In this document: positions 24,401-36,500 of the stretch, one piece after another
Numbering within the stretch: position 1 is the first letter of the stretch
Layout of the letters: every line of letters starts with the position of its first letter
Origin: Botryllus schlosseri
Taxonomy: Eukaryota
Direction: 5' to 3'
Assembly: GCA_051294905.1 (NCBI GenBank)
Contig: CM119372.1
Span: 4,466,001-4,530,000, forward strand
Length of the DNA: 64,000 nucleotides
Position numbers and translations under genes: made by a program
The notes under the pieces: generated by a model
What the model saw: the letters and a program-made list of their open reading frames with translations, nothing else
What the model was told of the DNA's origin: nothing
Database searches by the model: none

Positions 24401-27400
24401 CCAGAAAATGGCGAGAACAAAAATGACAGCGATGGGAGGACCCAGATAACTCGTGATGGACTGGATGTAGTCGAAAAGCTGTCCGCCGGCGGATACTTGC
24501 ACGATTGGAACCCAGGCGATGCTGATTCCCACCATCACCAGTATAAAGACTCTGTAAGGTAGATTTTCGTCATTTATATTTGAGCATTTACCAATAAACT
24601 TCACCCATGGCCAGATTTGGTCAGTGACGAAGTATGTATTTATGAGCACTGAAGTCGATTTTGCATACGGGGACCTGGCCTACTTTAGGGTTGCCATACG
24701 TCCGGAATTTCACTGTTCAAACTAGCGTCCAGGAGGAATTTTTAAAATATGCCAAATGTCCGGAAATTTGAAGACTTGACGTAGGCTCATAATATTTTCG
24801 TAAATCAACATAAAAACATTATTTTTGGAAATATTTATGCTGATGCATGATATTTTTCTTCGCGCTGCGCGCGATTTACTATCATATTTATTGATTTTAA
24901 TAGGAGGACTACCACCCTCGCAAAAACTCCAATAAAATATAAATAAAAACAACCTTCATTTAGTGGGATAAGCCTAATTGTAATCGTAATTATAGGAGAA
25001 CGGTATATTCCCAGAGATCGTTAAGGCCGTTTATATGCTTTATTCAAAGATAGTGGCTCCAAACGTGGGGGTCATTTGCCCTTATTCTGGGGTTTGCGAA
25101 TATGTTGAACGTAATCAGCTTCCAAAATAGCCCATGAGTAAGCCTGGGCAAATGTGCTGACTTCTTTTAGTAATCAGCTCGTCAAATTTTGATCTGGGTC
25201 ACGGAACATTTTCAAATTGGAGATGGAGTCGCGGCCATAAAAGGTTGGAAACCACTGGATGTGGGGTGTTTATAAAGCTCCGTGGTGCGCACCTGCATAA
25301 GGCTGATAAACAATCTTATCGATCTCGCTTCTCATGACATGCCGCCCTATTTCTTGTCGCTTCCTTTTTCTATACTATCTCTCTTACTTTCATTCAGTGT
25401 GCATGCTTCCTCTTTACATCGCCTAGGCCAAGGTGGGTGTCTGATTCCATAGACAACTCCTAGTCGCTTCGATATCTTCCTTTCTTTTCATTGTATCGCA
25501 ATTTTTGTGGTGTATTGAACTGATAAAATTGCTAATAAACCAATGATGATGATGATGGGACATGAACATGACTTAATGATGTACAATTACGCTCCCTGCA
25601 TTTTCGAACTCATCATCCTCCACCAGCTCGACCGCTAACTACTCATCATGTGGGCGGAGAGTAGTAACTATATAGCAATGTATGGAACAACCAATCTTAT
25701 TAACAGAAGTCAGTCAAACGATTTAACGACCAGATGCATATAGAAACCAGTTTCATATAGCAAGCACCCCCTACACCCAGAAGTTGCATCGGGGCTGAAA
25801 AATGTGGTTTCGGTCCCGGTTACATAGGGTTACCATATTTTGGAAATCTGAAAAGTGGACAATTTTTCAGACATTTCAGACTTGCGAAACCGGAGAGGAA
25901 TTCTTACAAAACGGTAAATTTTTCCCACTTTTTGGTCGGCTGACTAAAAAAAAAGGTGAACTATCCGCCCAGCTCTCGAAATACCCGCCGGACCGTCACT
26001 TCGGCGCTGATTTACGGCATATCAGTCGTATTTTGCTATAAATCTGACCTATATTCTCAAAAAAGAGGACAAAATCTCAAAAAAGAGGACGAAAAGGTGT
26101 CCTCCGAGGACACTTTCAAAAAAGTCAAAGAAGAGGACAATTCCGCTTAAAAGAGGACGTATGGTAACCCTAGGGTTAAACAACACACATCCACATACTC
26201 CTGAACCGGATCGTGGCCACCTCTGGTCTATGAGCAAAGCTTTGCTAGTGTGACGCCATAACTCATTTTGAAATCCACCAGTGGGCGCTAAAGAGTGTCC
26301 GGAATTCGGGTCACAGAAATATGGTAACCCTAGCCTACTTAGTACTACTATGGGTACTGCGTCCTGAAGTGTCTATGTCTCCATACTTCTACTTCTACTT
26401 GTAATAGAGCAGAAATTTACTGTTAGATTTACTTCTACTTGAGTAGCAACACTGGCTACTTTGACCATTCTGCACTTGAAGCTGTAGCCTAAATACTCAT
26501 TACTCGCCTTCCAACAATCATGAGCTCCCTCTGGGACGCGTTTTTCCGAATCTTAGTCCAAATGTCGCAGGTGAATAGCGTGGAGGCGCTGTTGAATACG
26601 GATGTCAAAGACGACATGAGGGCAGCCATCATCACCGCCAGCATGAGACCTGAAAATAACTTCTTGAATAAATATTGCCAAAAGGTCGCTGTTAACTCAA
26701 AAAATCTGAGTCATTTCGGCCTGCCATAATGTTCAGCACCCAAAATAAAAACATTTTTGCCAGCTAGTAAAACGGAAATTGAATTGGTACGTTTGAGTTT
26801 GATGATGTTATACAATTCTTTGGTTGGTTCAGGCGAACGTTACAAAAACAAAAAATCAGGTTTAGCATTCTGCATCAGCCCAGACTTTGCGGTTCCCTTA
26901 GCTTAGCCAGTAAGGAATGATCGTTTTTTAACGATATCGTGTATTTGCTTACACGAAATATCATTGAGATTATATCCAGCCTTCAAGATGCTCGAAACTG
27001 ATCCAATTAATAGGCTGCCTCTTTGTTTGCACCATTGTGGCTGCATCGAAGAAGAATTGCGCCACATCCTCGCGTGTGAAATGGCCCAGATGTTACGGAC
27101 AACGTCGAACAATGTTTGCAATAACAATCAATTTGTTAGAAAACCTTTTTTAAACCAACAATTCAGTATGTTTCATGGCTACGGTAATTTTTCAGAAGGT
27201 TAGATCAATTTGTTGGAAAACCTTTTTAACCCCATCACTCAGTATGTTTCGGGGCTACGGTAATTGTACGGATTCAAACACAAATTCTCGTCTAAAAGTC
27301 TTGTCAAAAGTACGAGCAACTAACTAGGAATAAGGAAAACCAGGGGATTTTTTTAGCGTCCACGGAGGACCATTCACATTTCTTCGGCAAATAAGAGAAC

Positions 27401-30400
27401 TCCTAAAAGAGGTCATATTATGGTAGGCGTAATGTTATTTCCGTACGAAAATATTTAGCGAGTATTTCAAGTTAAATGCAGTCTTTATCTTGTTTTTACC
27501 TTGCCGGGCATCGCTTCGCTGAGAAACATGCTGTATTACGAATGGTAAAACTATTTGAACTCAGCGATACGAGGTCATAATCGCCGCCAGTAAAGCGTCC
27601 GCAGGATGGTTAAGGCTAAGAAGCGACGAACGCAAAATAGCGGTAAATAACCAGTTTAAAGAGTTGCCGAACAACCAGAGGCGAGCGCGCTTGCAGAGAA
27701 ACACTATTAAAATACCTTTCAATCCTGTAGGTAAAATTTTGAGCAATAATTTAGGGTAGGCGATGTTGCTACATCCGACTTTCGTTCCACAATACTTCAT
27801 ACACTCATCGGGATCGGCGCAAGCAACGGCATCTGTAAATATACAACGAAATGAAATTTCGCGCATAAAAAGTAAGGCTATTATTAAGCTCTCATACAAT
27901 TTAAGCCCCTAAAAGGTATTACCGTAACTGCCATATGCATAAAAATTTAATATGATACTGATTCAGGCTGCATTTATGCAGGTGTAGTGACTCTAAAGAT
28001 GATAATATTGAGGTGCCATTTGTCAATGATTTTCAGGTTTTGAACTATAATGGGAGAGTGCCTTGGAGTCGCGAAAATTGACTAGCCATAACCGACCTGG
28101 ATTAGAAAATTTCTAGCTTTTCTAAATTTTATTAGTGTTAGAATCATAGCTATACTATTTTTTCCAAATTAGACTAGAAATATAATTATAACTACATAGT
28201 TTTTCTTTCAAATAAGATTAGAATTAGAGTGAGAGCTACACAGGTTTTTCCAAATTAGATTCGGATTATAATTCTGAATTCGCGAAGACTTAGAAATTGA
28301 ATCGCGTTCAGTTCCTAAAGTTCGTTCTCATTAATTCAATCATTTATCCTCATCAAAATTAGAATTACTGAATTCGCGAAAGCTTGGACTGGACATTGAA
28401 TAAGTTCAGTTCATATCAAATTTAGAGTTCATTCCCGTAAGCATGAGGCTGCTGGCAAATGTCTGTACAGCAAGCTTGGCTCGTTTCTAGCTATACTGTT
28501 CTCCTGTAGCATTTTCAGGAAAACCAAAAATTAGAGCATAAAAATATTTCTCAAATTAGATTAGAATTAAATTACCGGCATTTCTCACGAATTAGTCTAA
28601 TTAATAGACAATTAGAATTATGTAGTTGTTAAAATCTGGCTACAATAAACTCATTATGTTCGCTTCAACAACCTGTGAAAACCACACGGCTAATCATCCC
28701 CACCATCACCATCATGTACATTGGCAAGATTTTCAGCAAACCAGCGAACACGCAGCCTCCCTTCGCGTGAGTCAAGCTACGCGCAGCCAAGGTACGCTGC
28801 ACGATCACCTGTTAACGAACATAATATCATCAGAGGTAGGAAAATCAGTCGTCGTCGTCGCAGTAGCAATTTGTAAGACATCTCAAAACTGTACTTCAAG
28901 TGGATGAAGATAATTGCAGGCCTGAAAAATCTGATTCGAGTTATAATTCTAACGATTCGAGTATAGAATAGTAGGAGATTAATTTTGCTAGTACTGAAAG
29001 TATTCAGTCGTAACACATTCAAAGCCTGCAATTCTATTCCACCTACTTGGTCCGTGCACCAGTACCACGTGGCAAGTATCGTAAGACCAAAAGTCAGTCC
29101 AGGCCACGGTAAGTCTCCGGTAGCGGCATCTCGAAACACGCTGAAGGAGTCAGCTCGCGGCGTACCGCACGACTGGTTTTGGACTACGATCGACGGTGTT
29201 GCGTTCATGTATTTTTTCTGTAACTCATCGTATCCGCCAACATCGATGAAAGCTGGAATTGTATTCCTCTAAATTAGGGGTTTCCGACATAAGGGTTGTT
29301 GGCCTTGGGGTCGCGTAGAGGAAAATTAAATGCCGATGACTATCACGGGAATGCCACTATACCGGGAGCTATCAGCGGCTTATTTCAGATAATTTTAGTC
29401 AAAATAGTTTTTAAAAAAACGACATTTGAGTATAGTAAGAATGGTGTCTTTCCATCACTATTATAGTACTGAATAACTTATAGATCGTTATCTGTGTTTG
29501 CGTGGCGCAGGATTTCACGTGCTTCAGTACTTCGATGTGTTAGAGATATATATCGGTCAAAAAGACTTATATACGTTGCTGTGGTCTTGACAGACGGAGA
29601 TTGACGAGTTCATAATTGCATAATTGCTATTACTACACACATAGTTGCTATAGCTTCCCACATAGGTGGTGGGTTTGGTGGAAGGTGCTGACCATCTTAG
29701 AGTAATCAGAACGCCAAATTCAAAGGTGGATCGCGGAACATTCTCAAATCGAAATATGGTGCCGTGACCATAAGAAGGCTTGGAACCCCTGCTTTGCAAA
29801 TCAAGCCAAACGATGCTCTGTCAAATTTGTCGCGCGTATATACTAACCCAATATCATCATAGCAAATCCGCCGATGAGCATGATCAACGTCTGCGCTGTG
29901 TCTGTGTATATCACAGCCGCAAGACCGCCGGTGACAGTGTACAGCGCCGTGATAGCGAGGAGTAAAATCATGGCGAAATAGATGTTCCAGTGCAAAGCTT
30001 GGTTTATAAACACGGCCCCGGCGAATAGATCTGCCTGCAAATCAGAGGGATTACGTTAGGTTAATAGCTCGATTTTATAACGCGATTCGGTGTTAAAATT
30101 TTGTGTCCAGGATTTATGAATAAATTTTCCAAAATGGTAACTTAACCCCAGGTCTTCTACTTCGATACTTATGTGTGTAAATTAAACTTGGCATAGCCCG
30201 GAACTATCTGCTTTAACAAGATTAATAATTGAGCCGCAAGAGAACGCACGAAAGTCAGGAGAAAAGTCAATTCCACACAAAATATCGATGAATGTCAGTT
30301 ACTCACAGACACTTTCGTGAAAATAGACAACAAGAGAGACAGCACGGACAAGTACATCCGTATTCTTTGACCTCCGAATCTCTCACGTAAATATTCAGGC

Positions 30401-31876
30401 ATCGTCACCACGCCTGCCGCTATGTAGATTGGGGCAAATATCCATCCAAGTAACGTCAGAGTGATCATAGCCTGTAAACGAACGAGCGAAACAGTGTGTT
30501 TCTTCCAGAATTGAACGAATAGAACATTTTCAGCCTTTCTTAGTTAGATTATAATTGGAATTATAGCTGCATCTTTTTTCCAAATTAGATGACAATTGAA
30601 ATTATAGACACACAGTTTTTTATCCCAATTTGATTACATTTGGAATTATAGATACACATTTTTTCAATAAGATTATATTTATTAATATAGACACATTTTT
30701 TCCAAATTAGACTAGAATCAGAATTGCAGCTACACATTTTTTTAAAAGTAGACTATAATCATAATTGTAGACACACATTTTTTTCAAATTAGATTAGAAT
30801 TAGGATTATCGATACACATTTTTTTCAAATTAGATTAGAATTAGAATTATAGCCACACAGCTTTTTTTACAAACTAGATTACATTTGGGATTATAGATAC
30901 ACATTTTTTGAAAATTAGACTAGAATTATAATTAAAGCTACACATTCTTTCGATTAGATTATATTATAATTATTAGATCATTATTAATTATTAGATTATA
31001 CTTATGGATAGGCAGTTTCTTTTTCGGATTAGATTAGAATTGGTGTTACTAAATTTACGAAAACTTGGAGATTGTCCCAAGTTCAGTTCATATCAAATCA
31101 GAGCTCAGGCTGGGCACGGAATTGGACAGGGACAGCTAGAAGATTTTCAGTTTTTCCAAAATATATTAGAATTAGAATTATAGATATGTAGTTTTTTTCG
31201 AATTAGATTAGCAATAGAATCGCTGAATTTGTGGAAAATTGGATATTACATCAAGTCCAATTCATAACGAATCATGGTTCATTCTCAAAAGTAAGATAAT
31301 GGCAAATATCTGTACAGCAAAACTTGTCTCGTTTCGCACTATACAGCTCTCTTGTAACATTTTCAGGTAAACCAGAATAATTAGATTAGAATTAAAATTA
31401 GAGCATTAACCTTTCGCAAATTAGACTACAATTGTATCACCGGCAGTTGGCTCTAATAGTCCAATTATACAATTAGAATTATCTGTAGTTCTCCAAGTTT
31501 AACTATCTATTTCAAGCTTACGTTCCATTCGAAAGCGCCAACTGCGATACCCGCGGCTGCACCAGTCCCGGCCAAACCCACGAAATGCCCGCTTCCGATA
31601 TTGCTCGAGAACAGAGACGCGCCCACCGGTAGCCAATGCATATTTCGCCCAGCTAGAAAGAACCCATTCACGCTGCCTCGATTCGTACGAAACATGGTCT
31701 GAATATATCCAAACCTGTTACCTGACTCTAGTCTTATACTAATAATGTGCATTCAAAAACCTTACCCATAGTCCGACTGCTATTATGAAAATGAAATATA
31801 CAACGATCACTGCAATGTCGCCTCCTTCCAATTCCGCCTGGCTCGGTACCGTAGTAGTGCCGGCAGTAGTTGACAT
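21401..31876 (-). CDS. SLC5A: Sodium/glucose cotransporter (SGLT, SLC5A family), paralogue A, about 668 aa, 14 coding exons
   Basis: Minus-strand exons 31876-31766, 31698-31522, 30471-30307, 30034-29848, 29252-29047, 28808-28673, 27832-27716, 26649-26508 (GC donor), 24551-24383, 24318-24199, 23587-23492, 23430-23350, 21767-21659, 21591-21401; total 2007 nt, open frame. Motifs [86 protein letters not shown] and a terminal TM helix. Confidence 0.95.
24686..26332. mobile_element. Composite hAT-type element in SGLT-A intron 8 with several nested insertions
   Basis: TAGGGTTGCCATA...TATGGTAACCCTA, perfect TSD GCCTACTT. Contains a MITE at 25825-26172, another at about 25051-25257 and a LINE-tail-like segment ending AATAAA..(GAT)n at about 25330-25557. 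Confidence 0.85.
30530..31497. repeat. (ATTAG/AATTAG)-rich dispersed repeat family, here with tandem subunit expansion
   Basis: Recurrent aaattagattagaatt..atagatacacattttttt units and a shared core tgtacagcaagcttggctcgtttc.cactataca...cattttcaggaaaac. Copies at about 6800-7110 (reverse), 7305-7450, 8930-9263, 22990-23329, 28090-28638 and 43452-43786. Confidence 0.8.
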
Positions 31877-33588
31877 TGTGACTGTCGGCCTAGATCTACA
31901 GTGTTATAACTATACGGCTGAAAATAGTGAGTGCTCACAACTCAGCCTGCGGAATTGCTACCGAAAAGGTGTCGGGTAACAAACTGTTTCGCCCAGAGCA
32001 AGTTTTTCGCGCTAATTATTTGCAAGGTGAGTCAGACACTCTCTCCTTCAATTTTCTGGGATAAAAACGCAGCACGGAAGGACATTCCTCTTACATATAT
32101 TGCTGAAGTGGTACGGTTGATCGCACAAGGATACAGATGTTACAATGCCTGCCTGCTCGAAAGGTAATCGTGAATGCCAAATCGGTCAGCAGACGTTTCA
32201 GTTTTTAATTGTACCCACGCCCGGACGATTTCATGATTAAAACGAAATGTTCTTCCAGCTTAATTTATCATGTATCTGGTATTTCTTCTGGCCGCGCCTC
32301 TGCATGCGGTGCAGGTAGTATCGTACTCCAAGATGAATATTTGATTGTAATATTTTTCCAAATCGTTTCGGCTCATTCGTATCTTTTGATTGGGTCACCA
32401 TCTTGTGGCGTTTTAAATTGGTTTAAATATTTATAAACTGAACCTTATTGAAGACGCACTTACTTGGCGGAACCTTACTATTATAAAATCTTCAACTGTT
32501 TCCAATTATATTTATGTTGTAATAATGCTGCTTACCAACTCGTCCATTGTCTTGTTATCATCCCTCACATCTAACGTGCTAAGTGGATACGACTACATTA
32601 CAAATGCAGCTTGCATTGAATATTTGCATTCCGAGGTTAACGATTTGCTGTGTCCTTTGGCACGCTTACATGATGACATGAGGCTCGTCTGGGCGTGAGC
32701 TTTCAAACTTTCCGAAGCCAAAAGATATCTCATAAACATTACATATCAAAAAGGAACTATGACAACTGAGATCGCGATATGATTTATTACCTGGATAATA
32801 CTTCCTTGGATTTACGAATTTAGATATCCTGTTCAAGGTGCATCTATTCGTCAACCAAGGCTGTCTATAACGTTGGATGCGATACCTTACGCAGTTTGAT
32901 AACAAGTAGCTTTCTGGCGCATAGCACGTAACCACTATCAACCCAAAACTTATTTGAATACGCTCAACGAATTTCGATTACTCAGTTTGTAGTCAGAAGA
33001 TGGTGTTTTGAAGAACCCTTGTCATCTGTATGCGCTTTGTTCACGAGAAACAGAATGTACGTGTCTTGGAAATTTTATGCCGCTGTGTTTTCGCCGACTT
33101 GTCTCGAAAACCTATCCTGTCAAGCCATGTTTTTTAAAACGTTCACTTGGTTGCAGTTATAGATTTGAAGAGCTTCTTGGAGGCTATTGAATAGTATATT
33201 CGTATTGAAACGAACATACTATGTTCAGTTATATAGAGTTGCAAATATGTACAGTGCATATATTGAATACTAATACGTTTTATGCCACAAGCAAGATACA
33301 AAGTGAAGATCATACTAGTCAATAAGTCATGGCAATAGAATTTATTGATAAATCACTCCCGCTCCATTGAAATAGCTATTGGCTACGGAATTACAGACCA
33401 TATGCGGCCAAGATTTACAAGAATCCATATATTATTCCATGAAACGATGAGCTAATACGTAATAAGCTTACGTGGCGTCATGAAACGTCTAATATTACTA
33501 ATGCTTTTGGAATCTTGATTCGCATAGAACCGCCTATACCATTCATATTTTTATCGCAACCATACGCGTAAGCAATGTACAATGCGAC

Positions 33589-36500
33589 CTACGCGTAAAA
33601 TGCAAATAAAAAGACTCCTGCGCATAACATAACCAGACAAGCTAGATTCACGATGGTAGCGGGCCACCTTTCCTCTGTGATATCTGTAATCATCGCAGGT
33701 GGCGGGCCCTCCTGTGGCTTCACTTCGTCTAATCCGCAGAACAAATCGATGACTTTTCTACAGAGCGATTTTTCTAAAATGAAAAGATTGTTGTTTTACA
33801 AATCGCACTTCCTGAACAAATAGGTCGAGCGGTGTGGTATTTATCGGTAACAGCAGAATAATTCACAACAGTTGTAGCATAGATCTGGAACCTATGCAAT
33901 GCATGTCGTGTTGACAGCGCACAACGAACTCAGCTTAGACTTTGAAGATGAGCAATTCATGGAAATTACCGGGTAAAATATATCGTGACATTATGGTTTA
34001 AACACATTCATTCCTCCAAGACCAATAACTTCTTACCTTCCTTCCTTCATTCATTCATTCATTCATTCATTCATTCATTCATTCATTCATTCACTCATTC
34101 ATATTGTCAAGTCGAAGTGAAGAAGTTAATCCTGACATGCGCGCCAGAAGGAATTACTTCATTTACGGCAGTGGTCCCCAAACGGTGGGGAATTCCCCAC
34201 TTGTGGGGAATTCAATGGTTTCTGGTGGGGAATAGACGAATTTGTTTAAAATTATATAGAGGACAGTCTACATATTCACGGAGACACATGCACAATTACC
34301 GTTACCAGTTAACTGCTCTGGAATGTATGTAACGAAAATTATGTTGCGTGTGGTTCACAAAACCTCATTTTTAACTCTGATGGCCAATCATGGCGTCACA
34401 AACGCATCCAGCACGACTAGTGTGACGTGAAATAACGCTTTCGGAAAATTTTGAGCGTTACTGGTATCGGTTCACAATACGTTTCATGTTGTAGTTATAG
34501 GCGATTGTCTTGCGTACTGGCGCGGTTGTGTGTCTTGTGTAGTCAAACCAGCAAATAGCTGCCACGTGATGACAAAAGTGCTGGGTAGTGGGGAACAGGA
34601 CCGTAACTGCCTCACCTCAAACCACCTAATTGGTGGGGGGGGGGTGAGCTCGAAGGGGCTCAAAATAATTTCGTGAATTAACATAAATTGAAGTATTTTT
34701 GAAAATTTATGCCACTTTTTCAAAAAATTTTCGTGCTTGGTGCACGATTTAATATTGCCGAATATCTGATTATTGGGTGCCCTGCCCCCACGAAAATGCG
34801 TAGAATTAATAGAAATGGAGACTTCGGCGTCGGCCATTGCTGCGCCATGACGCACCGATGCATATGAAGTTATAGGCCATGTAACATGCAACCCCGAGAA
34901 GTGTGCCAGAACCATCAGCAGCGAGAAGACCTTGGCCGAGAAGGAATGCCCTTGTGGTGACCCAAAACTTATATATATATACAATATACTTATATGTTCA
35001 ATTGGCTAAATAGCTGGCACCGAATGTTCCTGTCCTGGCGATATGAACACCACAGGACAAATGCCATCCCGAAGGGGAAAATTATTTGCCAGTAAAGCAA
35101 TACCAATTTGAAATCGTGTGTTCCTTTTAGTTTGTCGATATCGATATCTTTTGACATAGCAGAAATAGGAGGTCACGAAATAGCATAATGTAACGAAGTC
35201 AATATACCAACGGGTCCGCCCGAAGATGTTCAATTCTTATTTAGGGGTCCTACCTTTTCCAACACACTTCACTCAGATCTACCGGTAAATCTGATTACGT
35301 GAGCAGAGAGGGGATAAATATTGACAGCAAAATATACACAATGCCCGATCATATTGGCCGATTCAAACACGGATTATATAAAAATTTCGCGCTTCGCGCG
35401 TTTAGTTGAAATAAGGCTACGAACTAAACAGTAGACCTAATGTAGCTGATAAGTTGCAGGGGATAGGGTACAAGCTCAGCGGGGCTGAGGGGATTCTGGG
35501 GGCCCAAAACCAACGTTTTTTTGGCCGGGCTGACAAAGTGTTGTTACGGCCCTGGTGGGAATGAAGGCTCGGAATAAATCTGAAGTGGGGAATGAAGACG
35601 AAAAGGTTGGGAACCACTGATTTACGGGGTCCTCATAATCTTTACTTTCATTCAGTTTCATCCTTACCTGACACTGTTCAGTATTCGTTATATCCTAATC
35701 TAAATGAAGTATCTCAATCCACTACACATGGACAATAATTATAGTTATATTTTTACACACTCGACTTGATCATATCGGGTCTATAAAGGTGTATGTTGGC
35801 TTGGCATTTAACGAAGTGTTGATTTACTATAACTGTAGTGCGTACACTGTACAGTAGGGCTCTTCAAAAATGACTTTTTTTCTCAAATCGTACTGGCTAC
35901 TTGATAAAATTGTTAGGTTACCTAATTTAAGCCTACACACAAAATTGGATTCAATTCCAGCCAGTAACCGCTTTGCTACACGAGAATAAAGTTTCTATTT
36001 ATTATATAAAAATAAATAACAAAAAATTTCAAAATTTTCTGTTCACCTCATGAAAGTGTTAGGCTGTCTATAGAAACGATGCTCACCAAATTTGGTTCAA
36101 TTCCAACCAGAGGAAGCGGAGTTATTGCCGTCGAAAAATTTTGATTTGAATAAAATAGTATTTACGGTGACCGATTCTTTGTTTATTTATTATAGTTGTG
36201 CTCACCGTAAATACTATTTTATTTAAATCCAAATTTTTCGGCGGCAATAACTCCGCTTCCACTGGTTGGAATTGAACCAAATTTGGTGAGCATCGTTTCT
36301 ATAGACAGCCTAACACTTTCATGGGGTGAACAGAAAATGTTCAAATTTTTTATTATTTATTTTTATATAAGAAATAGAAACTTTCTTGTCGTGTAGCAAA
36401 GCGGTTACTGGCTGGAATTGAACCAAATTTTGTGTGTAGGCTTAAATTAGGTAACCTAACAATTTTATCGAGTAGCCAGTACGATTTGAGAAAAAAAGTC

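Noticed and set aside
34484..34984. 166-aa ORF
   Set aside because: Lies in nested non-autonomous elements, crosses an insertion junction and has no transposase motifs.
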